Assembly: GCA_963762565.1 (NCBI GenBank)
Contig: CAVXLD010000012.1
Location: 192,001 to 256,000 of the forward strand
DNA from: an uncultured Verrucomicrobiae bacterium
GTDB lineage: Bacteria > Verrucomicrobiota > Verrucomicrobiia > Chthoniobacterales > JAFAMB01
Reading direction: 5' to 3'
Length of the DNA: 64,000 nt
The notes beneath the pieces are model-generated. The model had not been told where the DNA came from and searched no databases. It saw only the letters and a list, made by a program, of their open reading frames with translations. Numbering within the stretch: the stretch's first letter is position 1; every line of letters begins with the position of its first letter. Below, in pieces: positions 8,941 to 18,454 of the stretch. A program made the translations under genes and the position numbers.

Positions 8941-9110
8941 TCGTTCTCGTCCTCGTCGTCGTCCTTCCGACTTCGCCAACGCCTGGTTGTGGAGCGCGCC
9001 TCGCTTGCGAGGCCGAGTTCGAGCGGTTGGCAACATAGAGCATAGGCTTCGTCGGACAGGCTGTCCTCGAATCCGGCCACGCGGAGTGATGTAGTGTTGG
9101 AGTACTGCGC
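8941..9110 (+). repeat. Composite (nested) dispersed intergenic repeat, copy 1
   Basis: Highly similar to the reverse complement of 54378-54590 over about 150 bp. Confidence 0.85.
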
Positions 9111-9177
9111 CAAGTCCGAAAAGCATCCGCCTTGGCGGATTGGAGATGCTGAATGGTTCTCAGTTTTTTTTGTGCGT

Positions 9178-9204
9178 TGTCGAATTGAAGCGCGACCGTT
9201 CGAC
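9178..9204 (+). promoter_or_regulatory. Putative ECF42-type promoter (TGTCGA-N17-CGAC)
   Basis: Matches the described ECF42 -35 TGTCGA / -10 CG(A/T)C; lies 60 nt upstream of the DGPF-ECF42 operon. Confidence 0.65.
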
Positions 9205-9263
9205 TAGATTACTGAAAACTGGTTAGAATCAAATCAACCCAACTACCTAGGAGAAAATCTATT

Positions 9264-9602
9264 ATGCAATACTTGCTATTGATCTATGAGAACGAAAAAC
9301 GTTTCGCTACCGGTTACGACCCGGCAGAAATGAAAGAGTATATGGCCTTCGGCGAGACGTACGGGAAAGCTATTAAAGGTGGGAACGCGCTTCGAGCGAC
9401 AACCACAGCCACCACCGTCCGAGTCCGTGACGGCAAGCGTCTGACCACGGACGGGCCGTTTGCGGAGACCAAAGAACAGTTAGGTGGGTTTTATTTAGTC
9501 GAGGCGGACGACCTTGACCATGCCATCGAGATGGCCGGGAAAATCCCGGGCGCCCGCCACGGCTCTGTCGAAGTCCGGCCGATCGAGACATTCGGGCAGT
9601 GA
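9264..9602 (+). CDS. YciI-family DGPF-domain protein
   Basis: TTDGPFAETKEQLGGFY motif. Confidence 0.9.
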   Translation: MQYLLLIYENEKRFATGYDPAEMKEYMAFGETYGKAIKGGNALRATTTATTVRVRDGKRLTTDGPFAETKEQLGGFYLVEADDLDHAIEMAGKIPGARHGSVEVRPIETFGQ

Positions 9603-10828
9603 GAGAACTAGAGGACGTCTTCCGTAATGAATGGGGGCGGATATTGTCCGCCCTCATTTCTGCGCTGGGTGACTTCGATCTTGCAGAAGAGGTGCTGCAG
9701 GAGGCTTTCTCTTCCGCCGTTGTCCAATGGTCTACGGGTGCACCCCAAAATCCGCGGGCCTGGCTCTACGCAACGGCCAAACATAAAGCGATCGATATCA
9801 TCCGGCGCCGGACTAACTTTGCCGAAAAGCAGGCAGAGTTGGTGATACGGGAAGAATGCGGCCGCACCGACGCTATTGATGGCGAAGAGGACTCTGTTGT
9901 GCCTGACGAACGATTACGATTGATTTTTACTTGTTGCCATCCCGCGTTGCCACCAGAAGCGCAAGCTGCCTTAACCCTGCGTACGCTATGCGGGCTGACA
10001 ACGGAAGAGATCGCCCACGCTTTTTTGTTGCCGACCGCTACCATTGCCCAACGGTTGGTGCGCGCGAAAACCAAGATTCGAAACGCAGGCATCCCTTATC
10101 GGGTTCCCTCTGCCCCGGACGTATCCGCTCGGCTATCCGTAGTGATGGCGGTGATTTACCTCGTATTTAACGAAGGGTACTCAGCGGCACTCGGCGATAC
10201 CCTGGTGCGTCACGAGCTTTGCGCTGAGGCTATTCGGCTGGCGCGATTGTTGCGACTGCTCTTACCAGAGCCGGAACCAGAATTAGACGCGTTGTTGGCT
10301 TTGATGCTGTTGCATGACTCTCGCCGAGGCGCTCGCGAAGATGCTAATGGCGATCTGGTTCTTCTGGCCGACCAGGATCGTACCCGTTGGAACCGCTCAC
10401 AAATCGACGAAGGGTGTGCCTTGGTGCAATCGGTGTTTCAGCAGGGTCCAATCGGACCCTATGCCATCGAGGCGGCCATCGCAGCTTTGCATGCAAGTGC
10501 CCCCTGCGCTGAGGAGACTGATTGGAAACAGATCAGTGCGCTCTATGGGCGGCTGTTTGCGCTACACCATTCGCCGGTAGTTGCCCTCAACCGCGCGGCA
10601 GCGATGTCGATGGCAGAAGGGCCAGAAGCGGCATTACCGCTGGTTAATGCTCTAGAGTCGTCGCTTGAAGATTACCATTTGTGGCACGCTACACGTGCCG
10701 ATTTGCTGCGACGACTCGGGCGTAAAGCAGAGGCCGCCGTTGCTTATCGGCGTGCTCTGGAACTGACGGAGAATGCGGTAGAGCGACGCTTTCTCACGCG
10801 CCGCCTGGAGGCACTTTCAGACAATTGA
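9599..10828 (+). CDS. ECF sigma factor with C-terminal TPR-like extension (ECF42 group)
   Basis: DFDLAEEVLQEAF, RLRLIFTCCHPAL, GLTTEEIAHAF, IYLVFNEGY, SPVVALNRA; coupled to the DGPF gene. Confidence 0.9.
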   Translation: MRELEDVFRNEWGRILSALISALGDFDLAEEVLQEAFSSAVVQWSTGAPQNPRAWLYATAKHKAIDIIRRRTNFAEKQAELVIREECGRTDAIDGEEDSVVPDERLRLIFTCCHPALPPEAQAALTLRTLCGLTTEEIAHAFLLPTATIAQRLVRAKTKIRNAGIPYRVPSAPDVSARLSVVMAVIYLVFNEGYSAALGDTLVRHELCAEAIRLARLLRLLLPEPEPELDALLALMLLHDSRRGAREDANGDLVLLADQDRTRWNRSQIDEGCALVQSVFQQGPIGPYAIEAAIAALHASAPCAEETDWKQISALYGRLFALHHSPVVALNRAAAMSMAEGPEAALPLVNALESSLEDYHLWHATRADLLRRLGRKAEAAVAYRRALELTENAVERRFLTRRLEALSDN

Positions 10829-10882
10829 TTTAAGCGATTCTACAATCGTCACCGGTCTTTCTCGAAACGCCTCCCCAGATTT

Positions 10883-11290
10883 TCACCACGACGTGACGAC
10901 TTTCGGATTTTGGCCGCCTTTTTTCTTGCAGTCTCTGATGGCTGCCTGCTCCTGGTCATGTTTTGGGTCGCCCACATTCACAATGTGATGACCGGGCAGC
11001 GAAAAGCTAAAACCGACAATCGTTCCAGCGCCGTTGTCTGAGACCGCGACTGCTCCGTTGGCCGCCTTAATAAAGGTTCCGGCTATTTTAGCGTCTGCTC
11101 CGCCGCGGGCCTTGCATTTCTGGATCGCTTGCGCGCAAACCGCTGTCGTATCTGTAAGACTACTATCGTGCGCAATCGCCCACTTGCCGTTACTCGCGAC
11201 GGCGATCGCGAGAGCAGCAGTGAGGCTTTGCGTAGGGAAGAAACTCGATCCGAATAGGATCGACATAATCGTCAGCTGTCGTTTTATCAT
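10883..11290 (-). CDS. Secreted small Cys-containing protein, DUF4189-like
   Basis: Signal peptide; duplicated motif AIQKCKARGG / AIRDCKKKGG. Confidence 0.55.
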   Translation of the reverse strand: MIKRQLTIMSILFGSSFFPTQSLTAALAIAVASNGKWAIAHDSSLTDTTAVCAQAIQKCKARGGADAKIAGTFIKAANGAVAVSDNGAGTIVGFSFSLPGHHIVNVGDPKHDQEQAAIRDCKKKGGQNPKVVTSW

Positions 11291-11509
11291 TTTGGGTCTG
11301 TCTTGATAACCCGTCCCTGGAATAGGTTGCTAGCTCGCCAATCAATATTCATGCCTCTGCACGTTTCGGTCTGAGCATAGCGAGTCATGCCTTAGGCAGT
11401 AAAACGGAAGAAAACGGCAACTGTTTCAGGAAAAGGAAACTGCGCCGATGAGACAATATGCTTCCCATCAAACAAATAGTGCCGGTTTCGAGAGATCCTC
11501 GATTGAGAG

Positions 11510-12757
11510 TCAGCGTTCCGGTCGACGCGAACCATTGGCAGAAAGTCCGCTCTGCCAAATCGCGTCGGGCATAAGCCAAGCACCGCAAAAGCCGAGAAAG
11601 ATCACCGCAGCGACTGGCTGGATAGTCAGAATCCAAAGAGCCTTTTGGCTGGGCAAAAAGCTGGTGCGAGCCACGGCGAAGACCATCAGGAGATAAACCA
11701 GTAGCATCCCCATACGCAACCAACTGGGCCGGGAACTCAGGAACACGTCGACGAACGTTAATACCATAGCGGGAGCGAGCAGCACGTAAGTCTGAAGTTC
11801 TGTGGCGGGACCGCAAAGTGTCATCCAGATGCAAGCGAACGCCAGTATCCCTGCTAACAGCCGATCCTTTGGCCAATCTTTCCAAACGCCAAACAAACAG
11901 AAAACGGCGATTAGACCCCCGCTCAGGATCTGAAAGGCGGTGTAAACGAAGCCGGGAATCGGGAGATGGCCGAAACGCACCAGGAGAAACCAAAGGTCCA
12001 ATGGCACATCCTTTATCGGGTAAAGGCGGCGGTCATCGGCTGAACGAGTTGAGATCCAGTCGTGATATTGCTGTGATACGTAAGCCCAGTGCTGAAAAAG
12101 AAAGGGCAGGATTCCAAGGAGGAGTAATGCCAGTAGCAGTCGCCAGCCCAGTCTCCGAGGCGCTATCAGCAAGAGAACGAGGCCGACCGCGAAGGGATAA
12201 ATCTTAATATAAGTCGCCGCGGCAATGCAAAGAGCTGCCACAGCCCAACGTTCAGCTGGCGCCGCTGCCACCGCGAGAAGTACGAGGCCGATCACGGTAG
12301 GATTAGCCTGGCCCGTATCCAGATTGCCGAGTACCAACGGCACTAGCAAAAGGTAGACGATACCGTGATATCCCGGCTTTATCCCTGAATAGGTGCCGCT
12401 ACCCAAGAGAGCCCAGACGCCGGCAAGAAATATCCCGGCGTTGAACCAGGTCCAGCAGAGATTGCCCAAACCGGGCGGAAGCAATGCAAACGGGGTAAAA
12501 AAGACGGCTGCTAACGGGCTGTAGACAAATCCTCTCCAGTCTCCATACAGATGTTGGGCACTTAGCCAATGTGACCCGGCAAGACGATAGACGGTGAACG
12601 CGGTGGCGCGATGGGGATTGCCAAGTGTGCGCACCGCCAACCCCAAGAAAACGATAGCCCATACCGCCAACGCACCGATGTTCCACCCGCCGAAGGTCTT
12701 AACCCAACCCTGCAGCCCGGCGGAACGACCCTCCGAGACCGTGCTCATGGGAGACAA
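11510..12757 (-). CDS. Glycosyltransferase family 87 (DUF2029) membrane protein
   Basis: Multi-TM; FVYSPLAA, GQAN and IKIYP motifs. Confidence 0.8.
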   Translation of the reverse strand: MSPMSTVSEGRSAGLQGWVKTFGGWNIGALAVWAIVFLGLAVRTLGNPHRATAFTVYRLAGSHWLSAQHLYGDWRGFVYSPLAAVFFTPFALLPPGLGNLCWTWFNAGIFLAGVWALLGSGTYSGIKPGYHGIVYLLLVPLVLGNLDTGQANPTVIGLVLLAVAAAPAERWAVAALCIAAATYIKIYPFAVGLVLLLIAPRRLGWRLLLALLLLGILPFLFQHWAYVSQQYHDWISTRSADDRRLYPIKDVPLDLWFLLVRFGHLPIPGFVYTAFQILSGGLIAVFCLFGVWKDWPKDRLLAGILAFACIWMTLCGPATELQTYVLLAPAMVLTFVDVFLSSRPSWLRMGMLLVYLLMVFAVARTSFLPSQKALWILTIQPVAAVIFLGFCGAWLMPDAIWQSGLSANGSRRPER

Positions 12758-12934
12758 ATCGCTGCCTGAATTCTATCTGCCGGGCTGACAGACGGCAAAA
12801 CGCATGCTATTTCCGGGACACGATACGAGTGACTGGTCGATAAGGCGTGCGAACTAAGAAAAGCGTGAAACATTTTATCTTCGGGAAGCCGATACCGTGG
12901 GCGGGAGCTGGTATCGGAAGAAAGCCCTGCATAA

Positions 12935-14209
12935 ATGGCTCTTAAACTCGATACTGGCAAGCTCCAGATTATTGACCGAATTGTTGGTGTTCCGCTCTGC
13001 GCCGTTTTTACCCTGCTGCGGCGACTGAAGGGCGACCGGTTTGTGCCGGAGAGAGTCGAGCTTCCGCGCAACGTGCTCTTCGTCAAATTGGCGGAGCAAG
13101 GTTCGACGGTTCTGGCCTATCCTGCCATCTCGCGGGCTCTGCAGCTCGTTGGCCGCGAAAACGTGTTCTTCCTAGTTTTTGAGGAGAACCGATTCATCCT
13201 CGATGCGATGGGTCTTATCCCGGCCGAAAATGTAATCACGATTCGTCATAAAAATCCGTTCGAGCTCGCCTGGCAGGCTCTCCAGGCCGTGATGCGTATC
13301 CGCCGACAACGTCTGGATGCTGCGGTGGATCTGGAATTTTTCTCTCGCGGATCCGCGCTGCTTACGTTCCTATCCGGCGCGCGGCAACGCGTAGGGTTTC
13401 ACACCTTTTTTGGAGATGGACCCTATCGGGGCGACCTGATGACGCACCGGCTATCGTACAATCCGTATCTACACACGAGTCAAACGTTCTTGCTCATGGT
13501 GGTGGCTCTGGAACAACCGGTGCCTCGCTCAGGTAAATTATCAGTCCAGGTACCCCAAATTGAGAAATGGGTACCGGATTTTGAGCCTCTAGCGAGTGAA
13601 CAGGATGAAATACGCACTCTGCTTCAACGGGAGACCCGTAGTGAGACCGATCCCCCCATTGTATTGCTGAATCCGAATGCAAGCGACCTATTGCCGCTGC
13701 GTAAATGGCCGGAGGATCGGTACGTCTCACTTGCGCGACGTCTGCTGGATGCGTTTCCCGAGATCTATATAGGACTGACCGGTGCCCCCGACGAGGCGGG
13801 ACCGATCGAAGCCATGGTTCAGGAAATCGGATCGCCTCGCTGTTTTTCGCTCGCGGGAAAAACGACGTTGCGCCAGCTCCTGGTGCTTTACACGCTCTCG
13901 GAGCTTTTGATTACCAACGACAGCGGGCCTGCGCATTTTGCAGCAATGACTCAGATCCACACGTTGACGTTGTTTGGCCCGGAAACGCCCGCTCTTTTTG
14001 GCGCACGGACTCCTCGAGCCGTCACGATTTGGCAGGGGCTGGCCTGTAGCCCCTGCGTTAATGCTTATAATAATCGTCAAAGCTCCTGCACGAACAACGT
14101 GTGTATGCAGAAAATCATAGTCGACCGTGTCTTCGACGAAGCCAGCAAAGTGTATCTTGCGCGGGCAAGGAAGCAGGAGATCTCTGCAATTGGGCATGTG
14201 CCCGGTTAG
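12935..14209 (+). CDS. Glycosyltransferase family 9 (heptosyltransferase-like)
   Basis: LRKWP, LAGKTTLRQL, LLITNDSGPAHFAA, LFGP, CSPC...CM. Confidence 0.9.
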   Translation: MALKLDTGKLQIIDRIVGVPLCAVFTLLRRLKGDRFVPERVELPRNVLFVKLAEQGSTVLAYPAISRALQLVGRENVFFLVFEENRFILDAMGLIPAENVITIRHKNPFELAWQALQAVMRIRRQRLDAAVDLEFFSRGSALLTFLSGARQRVGFHTFFGDGPYRGDLMTHRLSYNPYLHTSQTFLLMVVALEQPVPRSGKLSVQVPQIEKWVPDFEPLASEQDEIRTLLQRETRSETDPPIVLLNPNASDLLPLRKWPEDRYVSLARRLLDAFPEIYIGLTGAPDEAGPIEAMVQEIGSPRCFSLAGKTTLRQLLVLYTLSELLITNDSGPAHFAAMTQIHTLTLFGPETPALFGARTPRAVTIWQGLACSPCVNAYNNRQSSCTNNVCMQKIIVDRVFDEASKVYLARARKQEISAIGHVPG

Positions 14210-14253
14210 ACGCTACTTGATCCCAGCCGCCCTCATTATTATCGGGCCGTACG

Positions 14254-14799
14254 TCAATGCGTGCGAAAGTCCTGCCCTTTGACTGCCCCTTCGCTAAAGC
14301 CGCCGCGACTGACCTGACTAGGAGCGCCAGTGAAGGTTAAGATGTAATCGAACCCGACGTGTTGTTGACTCGAAAAAGTTAACTCGCCAGTGACCGCAAG
14401 GCGCTTGTTATCTAACCAGTTCCCAAGAGTTCGTAAATCCTTCACTACCCGGCCTGATGACCCCGCTTGTCTCGCTAAATCATCGTATAGAGACGGAGGA
14501 TCTACTTCCAGAGTCCTCTGCCACTTTCCGTCTTGCAAATAGGCAGCATAAACGTAAGTGCCCCTCACGAAGTCGGTGGCCACGACCACCCGAGATGAGT
14601 CGGGTGACCATTTGACATCCAAGCGCTTCACTCCTTGCATGTCTTCGACCACTGTAAATATCGCGGTACCGTGCTCTACAATCTTTGCGGTGGTGCCGCC
14701 CATCAATACATACTGACCATTCGGCGACGCCACATCTTGGGCGATGCCACTACCGACCGACAACAATAACATGGCTAACTGAAGGCTCTGGATTTTCAT
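14254..14799 (-). CDS. Secreted hypothetical protein
   Basis: Signal peptide; SPNG and WSPDS beta-rich motifs; same-strand neighbour only 2 nt away. Confidence 0.7.
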   Translation of the reverse strand: MKIQSLQLAMLLLSVGSGIAQDVASPNGQYVLMGGTTAKIVEHGTAIFTVVEDMQGVKRLDVKWSPDSSRVVVATDFVRGTYVYAAYLQDGKWQRTLEVDPPSLYDDLARQAGSSGRVVKDLRTLGNWLDNKRLAVTGELTFSSQQHVGFDYILTFTGAPSQVSRGGFSEGAVKGQDFRTH

Positions 14800-14801
14800 A
14801 A

Positions 14802-15422
14802 TTAGTTTCCAGGAATTGAACCGCTATGCGCGTACGCTTGAACGGTGACCATCGGATTTCCGATAGTATTGGAGTTTTGTTGGAATTGGATACCGACCGC
14901 AGTGGCGGCGGCCTCCGAAATTTCGCCTGCAGGCGCGTCTGCCGGGCCGTTATCCTCGACTCTCGCCCAAACTTGTTGGCCGGTGTCCACATTGGTAACT
15001 AACGCCCAGTCACCAATCTGGACGCCGGCCGCGGCCATGGCCGCATCCCGAACCACGTATGCGTATTGCGATGAATCAACCGGTTGCCCGTTTATCGTTC
15101 CCGATGTCTCCGGGTTGTAATCAGGGTCGTAGGCCGTGCTCTCGTTCGGGTCACCATCGGTGTCAATACGAGCTACTTGAGTACTGGACGAAAAGGAAGG
15201 ATCACCCAATTCGTCCTGCGGTGTGCCAAACCCGGTACCCTCTGCATTGGTAACGGACTGGGTCCCAGAGACTGCGTTCCCTATTTGCTGACCTTGCGAT
15301 AAATCGTTTTGCGTTGGAGTACCGGACGCCCCGCCGCTCGGCTGACTGATGCTATCATCGCATCCGGAGAGACCCGCGATGAGTAGCATAACGAAGCTCC
15401 AGCGAGGGATAGTTCGCGCCAT
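14802..15422 (-). CDS. Lipoprotein with GH75-chitosanase/RlpA-like double-psi barrel domain
   Basis: Lipobox LSGC; IDTDG, YAYVV, GVQIGDWALVTN, VEDNGP..GEISEAAATAVG. Confidence 0.6.
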   Translation of the reverse strand: MARTIPRWSFVMLLIAGLSGCDDSISQPSGGASGTPTQNDLSQGQQIGNAVSGTQSVTNAEGTGFGTPQDELGDPSFSSSTQVARIDTDGDPNESTAYDPDYNPETSGTINGQPVDSSQYAYVVRDAAMAAAGVQIGDWALVTNVDTGQQVWARVEDNGPADAPAGEISEAAATAVGIQFQQNSNTIGNPMVTVQAYAHSGSIPGN

Positions 15423-15436
15423 ATGGCTTCCAGCGC

Positions 15437-16183
15437 CTACGTCGAGGTCCGTTCAGGGCGCGCTCGCAGGAGGAATCCGAATACCTGATTGGTCGCGCCA
15501 TACTTCTCGATCCACGTCTCCACTTTCCCAAAACAATTCCAGTTTTTGCCCTTTCCAATATCGAGGCCGTACACCTGGCGATCCGACCCAAGGATAACGA
15601 CTGCCCCTAACGATACGGGACCGGTCGCAGAGTAGACACTTGGCCACACCAAAATCGACCCGGCGGGCGCCGCGCTAGGATCAACCGGGATCGCGTCAGA
15701 CTGTTGGAGCTCTCGGAGAATTCCTAAGGTGCTATTAGATCTGAATGTGAACCCGGTAATCGGGCCTAACACTGTGTTAAGCGCGGCCCCTATAGGACAA
15801 ATATCTTCACCGGGTGCGATGGTTCTCTGCTGGCTTGACGGCGATCCGGTCACTCCCAGCAGAACGCAGAACCGGGAAAGTACTTCTGATGGGATCAGAC
15901 TCTGATCGCGAGCAAAGTCGAGAGAGGTATCGGCAAAGAGGACCTGGTAAGATTTAACGGACGGATCGGTAGACCCGTTGGCTATCACCAAGGCGCCACG
16001 GCTTGTTTCCTGTTGCAGAACAAACAAATCGTATCTGGTTGCGCTGGTCTGTACTTCTCCGTAAAAGACGATCCGACCCTGGGGAACCGCATTCTGAACG
16101 AAGTTAGGCAATTGTTGGTCGAGACCGTCGGCCATTGCTGTTGAGGCAGTGAGCAAGAACAGGAATGGGAGATATAATAACAT
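15437..16183 (-). CDS. Secreted hypothetical protein (C-terminus resembles a degenerate NlpC/P60-CHAP fold)
   Basis: Signal peptide; 248-aa ORF in a tight three-gene cluster; the fold guess is an inference. Confidence 0.6.
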   Translation of the reverse strand: MLLYLPFLFLLTASTAMADGLDQQLPNFVQNAVPQGRIVFYGEVQTSATRYDLFVLQQETSRGALVIANGSTDPSVKSYQVLFADTSLDFARDQSLIPSEVLSRFCVLLGVTGSPSSQQRTIAPGEDICPIGAALNTVLGPITGFTFRSNSTLGILRELQQSDAIPVDPSAAPAGSILVWPSVYSATGPVSLGAVVILGSDRQVYGLDIGKGKNWNCFGKVETWIEKYGATNQVFGFLLRARPERTST

Positions 16184-16269
16184 TATTACAGAGTGTATGC
16201 CACGTCTAAACCATAGTCAATAACAGCTATATTAGATGTTATTATGCAGGACGCTACGAGTACCCAGAA

Positions 16270-16463
16270 CCTGGAGGGGGGCCGCTTTGTAGGCTAGCAG
16301 CTCTGTAAGTTGGCGGCTCCCGGGCACGGTCCAGCGCTAGCCAGTTCTGTAGGCGGCTTCCAAATCGGCGGGTTCTGCCACCCCGTCCTTCTTGAATGGC
16401 TGACGCTGGGTAATTCCCGGGAGCCGCCTGTCTAACCCCGAAGGCTTTCGGTGGCTGCCGCCC
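16270..16463. repeat. REP/REPIN-like repeat related to 34888-35154
   Basis: CCTGGAGGGG(G/A)GCCGCTT shared; 16416-16463 is near-identical to the reverse complement of 34926-34975. Confidence 0.7.
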
Positions 16464-16479
16464 AGAGAGCGCGGCGATC

Positions 16480-17343
16480 CTACTTGATCGCGCCCATGGT
16501 CAACCCACGGACCAATTGCCGCGAAACGATGATACTGAAAATGATAACCGGAAGGGCAATCATGGTTCCGGTCGCCATGATCTGTCCCCAGGGCAGGTCA
16601 TAGCCGCTCATGAAGCTGGTTGCTACGACCGGAGCAGTTTGAGCGTATTTTCGAGTGAGAACCAACGCGTAGAGCAGCTCGTTCCAGGAGAAGATAAAGC
16701 TGAAGATCGCGGAGACCGCAATACCGGGCGCAGCCAGCGGCAGACCGATCTTCCAAAAGATGGCAAACGAATTGTATCCCTCCAAAGTCGCAGCTTCATC
16801 GAGCTCCTTCGGAATATTGCGGAACTGATCGGCGCAGATCCAAATCACGATGGGAACATTAAAAGTGAGATAGATCAGGATCAGGACGAGTTGCGTATCC
16901 AAAAGCTTTAGATTGCGAGCTAGAATGAAGAAGGGTAACGCTAGCACGATTGGGCTTAGCATCCGGTTCGTAATAAACCAGAACCAGAGGTCTTTTTTGC
17001 CTTTAAACTCGAATCTAGCGATGGCATAGGCAGCCGGAGTGCCCAGCAGCAAAGAAAGCGCCGTTGTACTAAGGGCTACGATCAAGGAGTTTTCCAGGCT
17101 CAGAGCGACGTCGAATTTCCTTACTGCCCGCTGATAGTTTTCCAACGTTGGCGAGAACAGAAATTTCGGGACGGGCGACAGAATATCCTGCTGATTTTTA
17201 AAGGAGGTCACCACCATCCAGTAAAAAGGAAAAACGCAGAACACGATGATCGCCAGCAAAACGACGAAGTGCCAGATCTGCAGCTTCGGTCGATACCGAA
17301 GTACGCCATTCTTCGCGGTAGAAATAGAGCTCTCAGACTTCAC
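16480..17343 (-). CDS. Carbohydrate ABC transporter permease (MalG-type)
   Basis: EAA loop IPKELDEAATLEG, FIFSWNEL, LVRGLTMGAIK; likely GTG start at 17343 overlapping the upstream stop. Confidence 0.92.
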   Translation of the reverse strand: MKSESSISTAKNGVLRYRPKLQIWHFVVLLAIIVFCVFPFYWMVVTSFKNQQDILSPVPKFLFSPTLENYQRAVRKFDVALSLENSLIVALSTTALSLLLGTPAAYAIARFEFKGKKDLWFWFITNRMLSPIVLALPFFILARNLKLLDTQLVLILIYLTFNVPIVIWICADQFRNIPKELDEAATLEGYNSFAIFWKIGLPLAAPGIAVSAIFSFIFSWNELLYALVLTRKYAQTAPVVATSFMSGYDLPWGQIMATGTMIALPVIIFSIIVSRQLVRGLTMGAIK

Positions 17344-18250
17344 GATAAATAAACCGAATATAAATTCGGGATAGTATGATGGTGATAACCAGGAGAATAA
17401 TCGCTTCAGCGGAAGCCATACCTTGTTCAAACGACCGGAAACCGATCCGCTGGATGTAAATGCTGATCAACTCGGTGGCAGCCCCAGGTCCCCCGCGAGT
17501 CATAATAAAGACCACGTCGAACATCTTGAGGATATCGGCGGTTCTAAGGATCAAAATTGCGGTAAGTCCAGGCAGCAGAAAAGGCAACTGAACCTTACGC
17601 AATACGTGCCACCATTTATCGGTTTCCAGCTTAGCTGCCTCCTCGATTTCGACCGGGACCATGGTGAGGCTCGAATATAAAACCAGGGCGCAGAATGGGG
17701 TCCATTGCCAGCAATCCATGATCGAAATGCTGAGAAATGCCAGATTCGGATCGGCCAACCATTCCATCTTGTGGCCGAACACCAGGTTCCAAAAGAAATT
17801 GTTGATCCCAAAATCGCCGTTGAAAACCAGGCGTCCGATCAGCCCGACCACGGCAAATGTCGTTGCCATGGGGATGACCAGGGCGATCCGGGTGACATTC
17901 TTCAGCCATTCGTTACCTGGCCTGTGTAGAAGCAGGGCGATGGTCAGGCCGAGGACCACCTGAATCGGTAAGTTTACAATCAGGAACAGGAACGAGCGGC
18001 CGAGTGCGTTACGAAAAGATTCATCGAAGAGCAGGTCGCGGTAGTTCGAAAACCAAACAAAAGGGGCATCGAAAATCGGCCAGATACCAAGAAAAGCGCC
18101 CTTAAAATGGACCTTCGTTAAAATGAACTGCTGAAGCGATGTCCAAAGGGCGAAGAGCAAAGGGATAATGCCCACCAACAGGAGGACAATCATCGCGGGG
18201 GCTACGAACCAGAACACTCCCGTTGAATAGCTTTTCTTAGCAGTGGCCAT
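17333..18250 (-). CDS. Carbohydrate ABC transporter permease (MalF-type)
   Basis: WQWTPF, EIEEAAKLE, KMFDVVFIMTRGGPG. Confidence 0.93.
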   Translation of the reverse strand: MATAKKSYSTGVFWFVAPAMIVLLLVGIIPLLFALWTSLQQFILTKVHFKGAFLGIWPIFDAPFVWFSNYRDLLFDESFRNALGRSFLFLIVNLPIQVVLGLTIALLLHRPGNEWLKNVTRIALVIPMATTFAVVGLIGRLVFNGDFGINNFFWNLVFGHKMEWLADPNLAFLSISIMDCWQWTPFCALVLYSSLTMVPVEIEEAAKLETDKWWHVLRKVQLPFLLPGLTAILILRTADILKMFDVVFIMTRGGPGAATELISIYIQRIGFRSFEQGMASAEAIILLVITIILSRIYIRFIYREV

Positions 18251-18318
18251 CGTTGGTTTTCATGGTTGATGCAATTTCATGGGCAACACGAGCCATTGGT
18301 ACACGCGCATTACCGGGC

Positions 18319-18415
18319 ATGACAAATGACAGGTGAAAAATGACAAATCACCTGCAGTCGGGCCACCCTACGGGAAGTCTCTGATCTGTCATCTGTCATT
18401 TGTAATTTGTCATTT
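18319..18415. repeat. Heptamer (ATGACAA / TTGTCAT) tandem-repeat hairpin
   Basis: Tandem ATGACA(A/G) units followed by complementary (T/C)TGTCAT units; second copy at 45682-45756. Confidence 0.75.
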
Positions 18416-18454
18416 TGGGCTGGCCCCGGTGGGGCCGGGGCCAGCAGTGAGCTC

